Assembly (NCBI GenBank): GCA_002269645.1
Contig: NIVC01004206.1
Span: forward strand, 1-55,268
DNA: 55,268 bases
DNA from: Macrostomum lignano
Lineage: Eukaryota
Reading direction: 5' to 3'
The translations under genes were made by a program, and so were the position numbers. The notes beneath the pieces were generated by a model. That model ran no database searches. It was given only the letters and a program-made list of their open reading frames with translations, and was not told the DNA's origin. Position 1 is the stretch's first letter. Each line of letters starts with the position of its first letter. This document shows, piece after piece, positions 12,731 through 24,834 of the stretch.

Positions 12731-12906
12731 AGTGATAAACCGAGGGTCAGTAGAGATGAAGTAATACAATTATCAATAAAAAACCATAAAACGCATCAAC
12801 TGGTTGTCACTAAGAAGTCATAGCAGTCATCGTAACCGTCAGAACGCAATGAGATCCATTTAATAATACTGAATCCACAATCAACCACCGCACAATGCCT
12901 GGATTG

Positions 12907-15900
12907 CTAAACCATAGCGTTGGCGCCAATGTCCAGCACGAAGCGGCGCCCGGCCGCCGACTCAAGCAGCTCCTCGCCCAGGCCGAAGAAGGGCACGCGG
13001 CGAACGGTGCACAGCAGCGAGACGGCGCCGCGGCGAAGACAGAAATTGGCGCCGTCCTCAAGCGAGCGCGAGGCCGGACTGTCGCTGGCAAGTGTCCAGG
13101 CCTAGGGGCGGGGAGAGGGGAAGGCGCAGGGTTGAGCACTGCTCATACAATCACAAATTGTGATTGCTCATAATAGGAAACCATGATTCTCAAATCTGAT
13201 CAGAATGCCACTATGATCCTCCGATCTGATCATGACTCGAAATGAGACTCTGATTCTGTCTGATTATAACGGCCCACTATGCCTAGCAGTGCTCATAATG
13301 AGTCAACAGGTTCCTAAATATGCTCATAAAGGAGCTCTCAATCTATGATGACTAGTTAGTTATAAGCTGGTCATGAAACGACATCCAAAAGCTGGTTAAA
13401 ACAAAAAATAAAACGAGTCATGATGATACTATGACCAATAAATTTGCTCATAATATGACCACGAGAAAAAAAAACTGGTCAAAATGACTATGAACAAGAA
13501 ATTTGGTCATAATGATACTATGAACAAGAAATTTGGTCATAATGAGACTATGACAATGACTATGAGAAATGCGGTCATACACAAACAATGAGCACATAGT
13601 GTAAACGGGTTGGGATTTTGCTGCCAGTCCTCACCTGACCGGCAGTGCCAGATCGCGGGTCCTCAACCACGCGGCCCTGTCCCAGGTAGCGCTCAATAAA
13701 CGCCCTGGGCCCCAGGCCATGCCGGATGCAAGCAGCCAGGTGTTGCAGCACGGCGTCCATGCTGTACCGCGGCTGCTGCCGGGTGACCCGAAGGTAGCGC
13801 TGGAGCGGCCGAAGCAGCGTCGGGAACACCGCCTGAGCAGCCTCCGAGGCTTCCATTTGACGGCTGATAGCGGCGCCGGCGCTTTGGTCAGAGCGATGCT
13901 GCGCAGTCCTGCCGATATGGGCGAAGGCCTCGTCGGCGGCCGACACGAGGCGAGCCCGACGCTTGCGCAGACGGCGCTCGAAGTCGCATTCGAACTGCCG
14001 CGGCGTGGCGGAAGAAGTGAAATATTTAGCTGGCGGATACTGAAATACTGGACACTGAGATGCGGGCTGGAAATCTGGCTGGCTGGCCAGGCAACTGAGG
14101 ATCTGGGAGGCTGGCCCAGCAACTGAGGATCTGGGAAGCTGGCCTAGCAACTGAGGATCTGGAAGGCTGGCCTAGCAACTGAGGATCTGGGAGGCTGGCC
14201 CAGCAACTGAGGATCTGGAAGGCTGGCCCAGCAACTGAGGATCTGGGAGGCTGGCCCAGCAACTGAGGATCTGGAGGCTGGCCAAGCAACTGAGGATCTG
14301 GGAGGCTGGGCCAGCATCCCAGCTACAAGCTGCATCCTCACTTGGAATCGCTCAGCCGCAGACGAAGGCCCGCCCTCGGCTCTGGACTGTCCGCGCGAGT
14401 GGCCAGACGCGGCAGACGAGGCCCGATCAAGCTCGTAGAACTTGTACCGCCTGGTGTTCCTTGCGCCGCTGCCGCCGCCGCCGGACATGGTCAGCATGCT
14501 GTGCAGATGCGGATTAAACGCGCTGAAGTCCACGCAGTACCGCTGAAGCACGTGCACAGCGGCTCGCTGCACGCTGGTCTCACCGAGGGTGTACAGCCGG
14601 GCCTCGCCGTCAGGAGAGCGCAACACCTTGACGGAGAAGCGGCACTGCAGATGCCGAATCTCGAGCAGTACGACGCCCAGATAGTGCAGGAACAGCAGGG
14701 CGTCGGCCAGCGCCACGGCGAACTGCACCACGGTGTCATAGTCCCGCTCCCGTTGCCGAACAATCCGCAGCGCGTAGAACGCCCAGAACACGGCGATGAT
14801 GGCAAACAGCAGGCAGAGTAGGAAGGCCCTGAAAGCCAGCACGCGGGGGAGGGAGGCGCGGGCGCGCCGGAAGAACAGGCACCAGGCGGCCACCAGCAGG
14901 GCCAGCAGGCGGAACGCCAGGCCAAGCAGCTGGCCTTCGCAGGCGACGCCGCACTCGCCCAGCGGCCAGGCGGCGAAGGCGCCGGACCGGGGCAGCGCCA
15001 GCATCAGCGGCGGCGAGGCGAACGCGGCTACGCCAAGAGCGGCCGACAAGCCGACAGTGGAGGCGCGAGCGCAGCTGCAGGAGGAGGCGGCGCCGATGCC
15101 GGAGTCCGCGTCCTGTGCGCGTCATTGTGAGAAACAGGGCGCTGAGTTTACGTGGGAGCTCATAGCGAACGATAGATAACTGGGAATACAAAATGCAAAT
15201 GCAAATAGAAATATCATACTACTGATAGTAGCTTGAAAGCATTTGAGTGACTGGCTGCTTATCTCCATGCTTAGGGAGTGACTGGCTGCTCATCTCCATG
15301 CTTAGGGAGTGACTGGCTGCTCATCTCCATGCTTAGGGAGTGACTGGCTGCTCATCTCCATGCTTAGGGAGTGACTGGCTGCTCATCTCCATGCTTAGGG
15401 AGTGACTGGCTGCTCATCTCCATGTTTAGGGAGTGACTGGCTGCTCATCTCCATGCTCAAAGAGTGACTGGCTGCTCATCTCCATGCTCAAAGAGTGACT
15501 GGCTGCTCATTCCGATTCCCGATGCTCAAAGAGTGACTGGCTGCTCATTCCGATTCCCGATGCTCAAAGAGTGACTGGCTGCTCATTCCGATTCCCGATG
15601 CTCAAAGAGTGACTGGCTGCTCATTCCGATTCCCGATGCTCAAAGAGTGACTGGCTGCTCATTCCGATTCCCGATGCTCAAAGAGTGACTGGCTGCTCAT
15701 TCCGATTCCCGATGCTCAAAGAGTGACTGGCTGCTCATTCCGATTCCCGATGCTCAAAGAGTGACTGGCTGCTCATTCCGATTCCCGATGCTCAAAGAGT
15801 GACTGGCTGCTCATTCCGATTCCCGATGCTCAAAGAGTGACTGGCTGCTCATTCCGATTCCCGATGCTCAAAGAGTGACTGGCTGCTCATTCCGATTCCC

Positions 15901-16594
15901 GATGCTCAAAGAGTGACTGGCTGCTCATTCTGATTCCCGATGCTCAAAGAGTGACTGGCTGCTCATTCTGATTCCCGATGCTCAAAGAGTGACTGGCTGC
16001 TCATTCCGATTCGCGATGCTCAAAGAGTGACTGGCTGCTCATTCCGATTCGCGATGCTCAAAGAGTGACTGGCTGCTCATTCCGATTCGCGATGCTCAAA
16101 GAGTGACTGGCTGCTCATTCCGATTCCCGATGCTCAAAGAGTGACTGGCTGCTCATTCCGATTCCCGATGCTCAAAGAGTGACTGGCTGCTCATTCCGAT
16201 AACCATCACGCTTAATTTGAAATACTAAAGTACACACCTTAACCCCAGTGTCAGCTTCGTGGCAGCTAGCAGACGCGGCGGTCTCACTAGTAAGCACAGT
16301 ATTGGTCTCAGCCCAGTGCTCAGGCGGCTGCACAGGCGGCTGGTAGGGCCCAGCGCCGCCGGAGATGGTGATATGGTATGGGCCTGGCAGCACAGATTGG
16401 TTTGAGTAGGCTGGCGGGTTCAGCAATGGCTGCCGGTGCTGCTGCAGCTGCATCAGCTTAATAGGCGGCTGCGGAGTCTGCTGCTGCTGCTGGAAGTACT
16501 GCGGCTGGTATGGCTGCGGGCCAGCTGACGAGCGACGGGACTGAGCTGAGTGGCCACTGCGGGCCGAGTGCAGACTCTCTGCATCTGTTGCCAT
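12907..16594 (-). CDS. vangl: Van Gogh/Strabismus planar-cell-polarity protein (575 aa)
   Basis: Exons 16594-16238, 15112-14342, 14039-13635 and 13101-12907, all phase-0 GT-AG junctions, total 1728 nt. Motifs: N-terminal Ser cluster (AESLHSARSGHS); WAETNTVLTSET; four TMs with CGVACEG, LFFRRARASLPR and DALLFLHYLGVVLLEIRHL; VLRSPDG; ERRLRKRRARLV; QRYLRVTRQQP; AWTLASD...RVPFFGL. Confidence 0.95.
14085..14320. repeat. 27-28-bp minisatellite CAGCAACTGAGGATCTGGGAGGCTGGCC filling Vangl intron 2
   Basis: Tandem units inside intron 14040-14341. Confidence 0.95.
15245..16200. repeat. Vangl intron 1 minisatellite whose unit shifts from 31 bp to 38 bp
   Basis: GAGTGACTGGCTGCTCATCTCCATGCTTAGG changes to GAGTGACTGGCTGCTCATTCCGATTCCCGATGCTCAAA near 15500. 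Confidence 0.96.
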
Positions 16595-17038
16595 GCCGCG
16601 GCTGGGCCTAGCAGCTGCTGCTGGGGCGAAAGTCTGCAGTAAGAAGTGGGAAAAACCACTTGCTTAAAAATAAACTACACATTCTAAATACTAATGTTAA
16701 GAGTTGAAAGCTTGATTTTTGTAAATTATAGCAATTTAGAAATCAGCTAGGCTATGTGATGCCTGCTTTTACCAGCTTGACTTTTAGGAAAAATTTTTTT
16801 TTCCACATACTTTTTAAAACTGTTTTAGCATTTAGTTTTATAAATGCCAATTTTTCATAGAACAAAAACAATAGCTGCATTAAAAATTTTGCCTGTAGCA
16901 ATACTAGGCTTATACATACATTAAATCAAAAAGTATATAGAATTGCACTAAAGTTGTCCTAGGGTTTATCTTCTAATTTATATAGGCCTATCTTTATATA
17001 CTTTTAATACTGTAAGTATATACTGGTAATATATCATA

Positions 17039-17874
17039 CGAGGGGTGTCCCAAAAGTTCCCGGAATGTCTAACATAGCTCTTCAACAGAGCCATGAAATT
17101 TCACGCCCATGGTGTCAAATGAAAGGAAATTTTGTCACAAAGAATACAAAGTTAAAATCATGTTGATATCTTTTTTATTCAAGAGCTACAGCAAGAAACA
17201 TGCGCAAAGGTCAGGGGTAGTGTTACACAACCTCAACAATCTATGGCAATAATTTTTTCATCTCCATTTTTGGAGTTTTTCATTTTGAATGAAAATTTGA
17301 GTGCTACTGACGTGTCAGAAAGACATGGTAGTGTCTATGGAAAAAAGCAGAAATGCTCATAAAGCTAATCTGAGCTTTTGCGCAAGTGCAGATAATTCGT
17401 ACCAAGCGCTTGCTTTCAACTTGAAATTTCTTTGCAAAAATGAGTTTTCTTCAGAGCCTTGAAAGTCAGTGAAGTCAAGTTTTTGCCCTTTGGTCAGTAG
17501 GATGGAGTGGAGCCAAGATTTCTGACCACTTATTCTCCATCCACGGTGAGAACAGCCTGAAAAAAACTGCAATTTATGGATGGATCGAATGCTTTAGAGA
17601 TGGCCAGTCTGCTGTGAATGAATTCAAAATGAAAAACTCCAAAAATGGAGATGAAAAAATTATTGCCATAGATTGTTGAGGTTGTGTAACACTACCCCTG
17701 ACCTTTGCGCAAGTTTCTTGCTATAGCTCTTGAATAAAAAAAGATATCAACATGATTTTAACTTTGTATTCTTTGTGACAAAATTTCCTTTCATTTGACA
17801 CCATGGGCGTGAAATTTCATGGCTCTGTTGAAGAGCTACATTAAACATTCCGGGAACTTTTGGGACACCCCTCG
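17039..17874 (+). mobile_element. Non-autonomous mariner-type foldback element (about 250-bp TIRs, TA TSD) with a remnant of the transposase N-terminus
   Basis: TA|CGAGGGGTGTCCCAAAAG...CTTTTGGGACACCCCTCG|TA. Arms are about 17039-17290 and 17622-17874. The interior translates to MSFLQSLESQ*SQVFALWSVGWSGAKISDHLFSIHGENSLKKTAIYGWIECFRDGQSAV, which resembles a mariner HTH. Confidence 0.92.
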
Positions 17875-19425
17875 TATATTCTACCTTAAGGCAATTTCTT
17901 AGACTATGAATCTAAAGGTTTCATTCTTTGAGAATAGTAGTGAATCTTTCCAATATCCTATATCTTCCCAAGGTCTCTTGCTAGCACTAAATGATAAATG
18001 TTGAAGTAGGCCTATTGTTTAATATTTTTGTTTTAATATAGAAACTTAAAAGAGGAGAAAAAGTTGATTTTTCCTATTTAGTGGCTAATGTATTTATAGA
18101 TTTCTTAGGCTCTCTTACTTCTATTTCAATAATTTTTTTATAAAATTTGAAATATTTAAAATATTTTCAATAGGCCTTACTATGTATATTAAAACAAAAT
18201 TATACAAACGTAGGGCCTAAAAAGCCATTTTCTAGGACAAAAAATAAGGCCTATTACAAAATTATATTTTTGGTCCAATTAAAACTAAGCCATATTGTTA
18301 CTAATAACCCAATGTTAATATACTTTTAACAGATTACATAATGATAATCTTTTATGTTTTTTATATCTAAGTAAGCTTAAATAAATACTAAATAGGCCTA
18401 ACTTAAAAGTTTGAAATTCAAGAAACAAAATAAGAACTAATAGGCCTAATACTAATAGTAAGATATTTGCATCTTTTGGCAAAAATGCGATCAAAATCAG
18501 TTAAGAATTGCTATCTTTAGAATGTTATGGACATACAAACCTTAGAGATTTAGTATATTTAGAAGTTTAGGTTAGGCCTAAGGTATAGTAGGGATCAATT
18601 CATAATTATAATAAGATCCTAGGCTAGGCCTAAGCTTTATCAAGTTGTGGCAACCTATGATTTTATGAATAAACAATGTTTTATCCTAAACTTAAGTAGG
18701 CCCTAGGCCTAGGCCTAGCCCTATTTCAGCTTTGGAATAATAATTGTACCATAGATTTAAAGGTAAAACATATGTCATGTATAAAATGTTATTAAAAAGA
18801 TAAGGCTTAGGCCCCTATCTTTTATTAATGCAATAGGCCTAGTGTTCAGCAAAATCTATAGGCCTACTTCATTTTCTATCTCATTCTATAATTTTAGACC
18901 TCAGACATTGAGTAGGCCTAGTCCTTGACATTGATACTCTGAGTCATACCTCAGGCCCAGACTGGCATATGTCCATACAAAACCCTTATTATTTATATTT
19001 ATATTCTAGATCTAGGTTTAAAAGAAATACGAAAATATTAACAATAGTAATACAATAAAACGTCTATTTAAAAGGCTAAGGGGTTAAAAGTCATAGGCCT
19101 ATGCGTAATAAACATAACATTACACAGGTCTAAACGAGTAATAACTAATAAGTAGGCTTAATTTCAATTTAGCTCCTACAGACAGTATAATATTAATAGA
19201 AATGAAATACTAATAATTGTGTAATGATCAGTTTTTAGTTTCTGATATTTTAGCTTTTATTCAGGGCTCTCTGTATTGGAAATTAAAAATTCTGATTGAA
19301 AATCTTGTGTAAGCCAATTACCCCAACCCATGGTCCTGGAATCATTGATGGATAATTGTTGTGTTTTATTGATTTATTGATTCGATTTTGATATTAAAAA
19401 TTTAACAAAAACTAAGTAAAATGAA

Positions 19426-19778
19426 GGGGGCCGTAGCTCAGCGGTCTAGCGCAGGCTCTGGTGTGCCAGCGACACAGGCTCGATTCCAAGTGCAGTCACA
19501 TTAATTTGGGGCTGAATTGGAATCTCGGCTCTGCTCGTGCAATTAACGGCCTTGAGAGCCAACCCCCCAAGGCGCAGTGAAGTGTACATGCCTAACGATA
19601 AAATAAAGTTAGGGCCGCTGTACACTCCTGTGTGAGTGTATGCCTGCGTACGTATCCGCGCGCTTGTATGCCTGCTCAGGGGAGTCGGCGGAATGGGCAG
19701 TAATGCCTCTTGCCGGTTGTGTGCCTATGTCGCTTAAAGTGCGCCAGGGTGCACACAACCCCCCTGCCTCTAATAAAA
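19426..19778 (+). mobile_element. tRNA-derived SINE, full length, 12-bp TSD
   Basis: Head GGGGCCGTAGCTCAGCGG (A box), GGCTCGATTCC (B box) and an AATAAAAAA tail. TSD AAGTAAAATGAA at 19414-19425 and 19779-19790. Confidence 0.9.
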
Positions 19779-19923
19779 AAGTAAAATGAAACTGTGGAGC
19801 TTTAAGACTTTACCCACAGTAAACTGCAACTGAGAAACAAATATTGGTCAAGTTGCAACTTGAAAAGTCACACCATGTGTTTCATTTACAATACATTATC
19901 CCAAAATTTACAGACACTATATA

Positions 19924-20565
19924 TACTCAGCAACAGCTAAACCCCCCCCCCCAACTCACGCTGTCACACGGGCACAAAAGTTAAGCAATGTCTTTAATTC
20001 TAGTCTCAGTATCGTGTGTAGGAACCACGAGCATGCAAAAGGGCCGTGACTCGTCGTGGCATCCTGATCACCAGCCGGTTGATGAACTCTTGGGGCAGCA
20101 GCTGCCAGGCATTCAGCACCGCCAGTCGCAACTGTTCAGCATTCTGTGGGGCATCCTGCTGAACTCTTCGCTTTACAAAGACCCAGACATGCTCGATGGG
20201 GTTCATGTCTGGAGACTTTGACGGCCAGTTCAATGTGCGAATGCCGAGCTGCTCCTTCAGCAGCTGCACGTGTGCTGCTCGATGTGGCGCAGCGTTGTCG
20301 TCTTGAAGAATGCAGTTCTGCGGGCCGCCAAAGGTTGTCGTAGCAAATGGCAGAAACTGCTGCTGTAGCTGTAGCTCTGATGGTTTACCATTGCGCAATG
20401 CAGCCACCAGTGGGTTGAGTTGCGCCACCCCCTCCCCAAATCCCCCATGCCGCACTTTGCGCTCGCGTCTGGCGGCGGCAGCCTTCACACATTTCTGAGT
20501 CACCGATGGCATACAAAACTTTTGGGCCGTGTGACAGCGTGAGTGGGTTTAGCTGTTGCTGAGTA
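19924..20565 (-). mobile_element. Internally deleted Tc1-family (DD34E) transposon
   Basis: TIRs TACTCAGCAACAGCTAAACC...CTGTCACACGG at both ends with TA flanks. ORF 20512-20006 has QDDNAAPH...WPSKSPDMNPIEHVW (34 residues between D and E) and a typical C-terminus MPRRVTALLHARGSYTRY. The first catalytic D and the DNA-binding domain are missing. Confidence 0.93.
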
Positions 20566-20569
20566 TACT

Positions 20570-20932
20570 TTTTTTTATTAGAGGCAGGGGGGTTGTGTGC
20601 ACCCTGGCGCACTTTAAGCGACATAGGCACACAACCGGCAAGAGGCATTACTGCCCATTCCGCCGACTCCCCTGAGCAGGCATACAAGCGCGCGGATACG
20701 TACGCAGGCATACACTCACACAGGAGTGTACAGCGGCCCTAACTTTATATTATCGTTAGGCATGTACACTTCACTGCGCCTTGGGGGGTTGGCTCTCAAG
20801 GCCGTTAATTGCACGAGCAGAGCCAAGCCGAGATTCCAATTCAGCCCCAAATTAATGTGACTGCACTTGGAATCGAGCCTGGGTCGCTGGCACACCAGAG
20901 CAGCTGCGCTACCGCTGGGCTACGGCCCCCTC
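20570..20932 (-). mobile_element. Second copy of the same SINE, inverted, 13-bp TSD
   Basis: Reverse complement of 19426-19778 with few differences. TSD TGCTGAGTATACT at 20557-20569 and 20933-20945. Confidence 0.9.
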
Positions 20933-21118
20933 TGCTGAGTATACTAGTTATGCTTCACTGGTTGTGATGAAATTTTACGCATAGTAAACTGCAACTTAGA
21001 AACGAATGTTGGTCACATTTCAGTTCGATATGCCTCACTGGCCTTGACACAGCGTACTTTGTGCTATATGCCGATCCCAAAGAAGGCCAGGCCAACGCGT
21101 TAAAAACCATTGGGTGGC

Positions 21119-21270
21119 GCAGGACATCTCGCTGATGTGCTGCTGTTCGATCCTCTGCAGTCGGTGCTGGACCTCCATTCCAAGCAATATAGGTTTCGGC
21201 CTCAACGCGGTACAGTGACCCAGATCCTCGCGCTCCGCTCTGTCATCGAAGAAGCTAGCGAGCATCCACA
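21119..21270 (+). mobile_element. Non-LTR (LINE) reverse-transcriptase fragment
   Basis: QYRFRPQRGTVTQILALRSVIEEASE resembles the Q.GFR..RGT.DQI..LR.IIE block of RTE/CR1-type RTs. Confidence 0.65.
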
Positions 21271-22149
21271 CGACCACACGTTGACCACAAGGACACTAGC
21301 TGTTGGAACTGTATATTATATTAGTTGACCGCTTGTTATTGTCTTTATTGACCTCTGAAAGTTTTCGGTTTGGTGCTGAAGGCTGCACTCCCCATTCGTC
21401 GTGCGAGTCTATCGGGTTCCGCAACAGCTTACGCTCGTATCGACGCCACAATATGCTCACCGAGGTGCTCACCGTGCCGGCTGAAATTATAAAGGACATG
21501 GCTTACCGCAGCACAGACGAACAGAAGCTTACATTCTCACGCTGCCAGCGGTTCACCTACGGTCTCACCTTATAGAGCGGTTCGCGATCTGGTGCCACAC
21601 GTAAAGGCGGATATCTAGCGCCCAGCAGAGGACTCGCATGGGCCTTCTACCGATCTATCCAGGCCGTCCTCAGGGACGGACTACTTAAACTAGGGACCGG
21701 AAACTGGCCAAATCATACAGAAAATAGTTGGAGGCTGGTTTTTTCTAGTGCTCCCTAGGATTTATTATTGAACGTAGAAAGCTGGTTTTTCGCCAACCTG
21801 TACAGAATTTATCCCTCTACAAGATACAAAACTCGATTTTTGTCAATCTTCATTTCGAGAAGAGCAGTGAGCTTTTTTGTACAGGACCACTTTTTCAGTG
21901 TTTTATATAGAGAATGCCTTATAAAAATTTGCAGTCAGACGGCTTGTTGTCTATGGCATGAAACGCACCACTGTAGCACTTGTGTATCAATTGAGCATGC
22001 AACAAAGACTTGGCTTTAGTCTGTCTGATGACTGATAGAGCCTGATATATGTATATGAATGAAGAGCTTCTTTGCTAAAGGCGAAAGAAACTCTAGCAAA
22101 GCCAACTTTTTTCGAGCCAAGCTCACGAGGCCCCCGTCGGGTAGAACAT

Positions 22150-22835
22150 CAACGCAGAGCTACCCGGACCGGATGCAGCGAGGCTGCGGCAGCTGCTAGA
22201 GTGCAACGAGAACTTGTTCGCCAAGCACGAGTACGACTTGGGCACGACGGAGCTGCTGCACCACCAGGTGGTACTGGAACCGGGAACGCGGCCGCACTGG
22301 CAAGTCCATGCAGCGCCGCCTGTCTCTGTCTGTGCGAGACCAGGTGAATAAAAAGATCGTACAGATGCTGGACAGCGGCATCATCGAGCCGTCGTCGTCG
22401 CCATGGGCGAGCAACCTGGTGGTGGTCCGTAAGAAGAACGGCAAAATGCACGGACTGGCGGCAGCTGAATGCCTGCACGGTCAAGGACGCGTACCCGCTG
22501 CCGCACATGCAGCAAGCATGAATGCTCTGGTCGGGTGCTCCTGATTCTCCACCATCGACTGTCGGTAGAGCTACCACCAGGTGGAGGTGGCGGAAGAGGA
22601 TCCTTTTAAAACTGCCTTCTGTCCTGGGACTCCATGCTGACTTACATCGACGACTTCATTGTCTTCAGCAGGACCTTCGACGAGAATCCGGTGAGACTGG
22701 AGCGCGTTTTTTTAACGGCTGCGAGATGCGGGTCTCAAACTGCACAATGCAAAGAGCGTGTTCGGCTATCGCCAGGTGCTGTACCTGGGACACCTAATCA
22801 GCGAGCAGAGTATTGTACCTGACCTCAGTAAGGTC
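22150..22835 (+). mobile_element. Degenerate Gypsy/Ty3 pol (RT) fragment
   Basis: Across several frames: DLGTTELLHH, MLDSGIIEPSSSPWASNLVVVRKKNG, LNACTVKDAYPLP, FSTIDCR*SYHQVEV..KTAF, YIDDFIVFS, VLYLGHLIS. It carries stops and frameshifts. Confidence 0.92.
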
Positions 22836-23789
22836 TACAACACCAAAGAGGCATCACCTGACTCACGTGATCGCATAATATTCTGCATATCCTGTTTATT
22901 TTTAAGCCAAACAATTCTCTTGCTAAGTCGGCTGTCCACTGTTGAATGTGCCATGAGTCGAGATTGACTGACACGCGACACCATGTAGAGGTTTAAAATA
23001 CATATTTTGTGAAATTTTGAATGCTTATATGTCCACAAAATATATCTATCAAAAATACGAGTCACCGACTGCGATTCTATAATAAATACTTCGTCCGCTC
23101 GCACTGCCGTGCGCCATCTGCACCCTAGCATCAGACTTTGACTCATAGTTTTCTAGGTTGCGTCTTTTTTGTTGTATAATGTATATATACCACTAACCAT
23201 TCACCTGCAGTCGGTTGAAACAGAAGTACCTGCACTCAAATATCAATATGAAATTTGGAAACACATAATATTTTAAATGAGCATTTTAATTAGCCTGGGA
23301 GGACAGTAGTTTGAGTTGTTGCTGAGCAGTCTGTGAAAGGGCTTCTGCAGCTGTTCGGTTTCCATGCCAACCGTTCCACTTTGCTGCAGGGCTGTGGGAG
23401 GGGGCGTTGTAGGGACATTTCTAAAGTGTTCCTCTCCTGATTACTGTAAGTAATAGGCTGCCACCGCCGATAGTTTGCTAATGATCTTTTCTATAAATTG
23501 TTGAGACTTTATATGAAATGATACAATACATGAGGACACCGATGATTGTCCAGTAGACATCAGCAGCTGCGCTAAGACTCTAAGAGTTGTAACTCTTGTG
23601 ACTGATGTTCTTATATAGGCGCGCGCACAACGCAAGCGTCGTGGTGGGCGCAAACAACCTAAGTACTCGTAAAGGGCCAACGCGAACGGTTACTAGTTTG
23701 ACAGAACTTAAACACAAGCCGTAAAAAAAGAACGTTTTTCGAACGTTTTGTCGACGACTATGCGTAGACGGCTACCGTTCTATTTTCAA

Positions 23790-24468
<679 letters not shown>

Positions 24469-24834
24469 ATGGAATAGCAAAGTTTTCCTCCTTTACAGTT
24501 TAAAGCTCCTCGTGCTGTAGCTCATAACGCACCGAAATCCACGCGATTTCCACAAAAATGTCCTTCCCCAGCTGAGTGGACAAACATTAAATATTTATAC
24601 GTGCTGCTCCGCGGCAGTCATACAGTCGCAAGTGTCCATCATCTATATGAGGTTAGGGAGACTGGATAATGGGATTTTTATGTTTCATGCAAACCATTTA
24701 TGCAGTTGTGTGCCACATGCAGTGCAGCTGAATGCCAACAAGAATTGCCTGAGCGTTTTGCCGCTGCACTACAATCCAGCATCCAGCGGCTTGCAGGCTT
24801 TGGAGAGCCGGAAGTCTATTGGGACTGGGCACAC

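Noticed and set aside
14040-14150. N-terminal parts of ORFs 13575-14150 and the tail of 14144-15049 as Vangl coding sequence
   Set aside because: They are intronic minisatellite read-through, bounded by a good donor (14341) and acceptor (14040).
19426-19500. tRNA genes at 19426, 20932 and 3267
   Set aside because: They have A/B boxes but no complete cloverleaf, and continue into SINE bodies (with A-tails and TSDs for the 19-21 kb pair).
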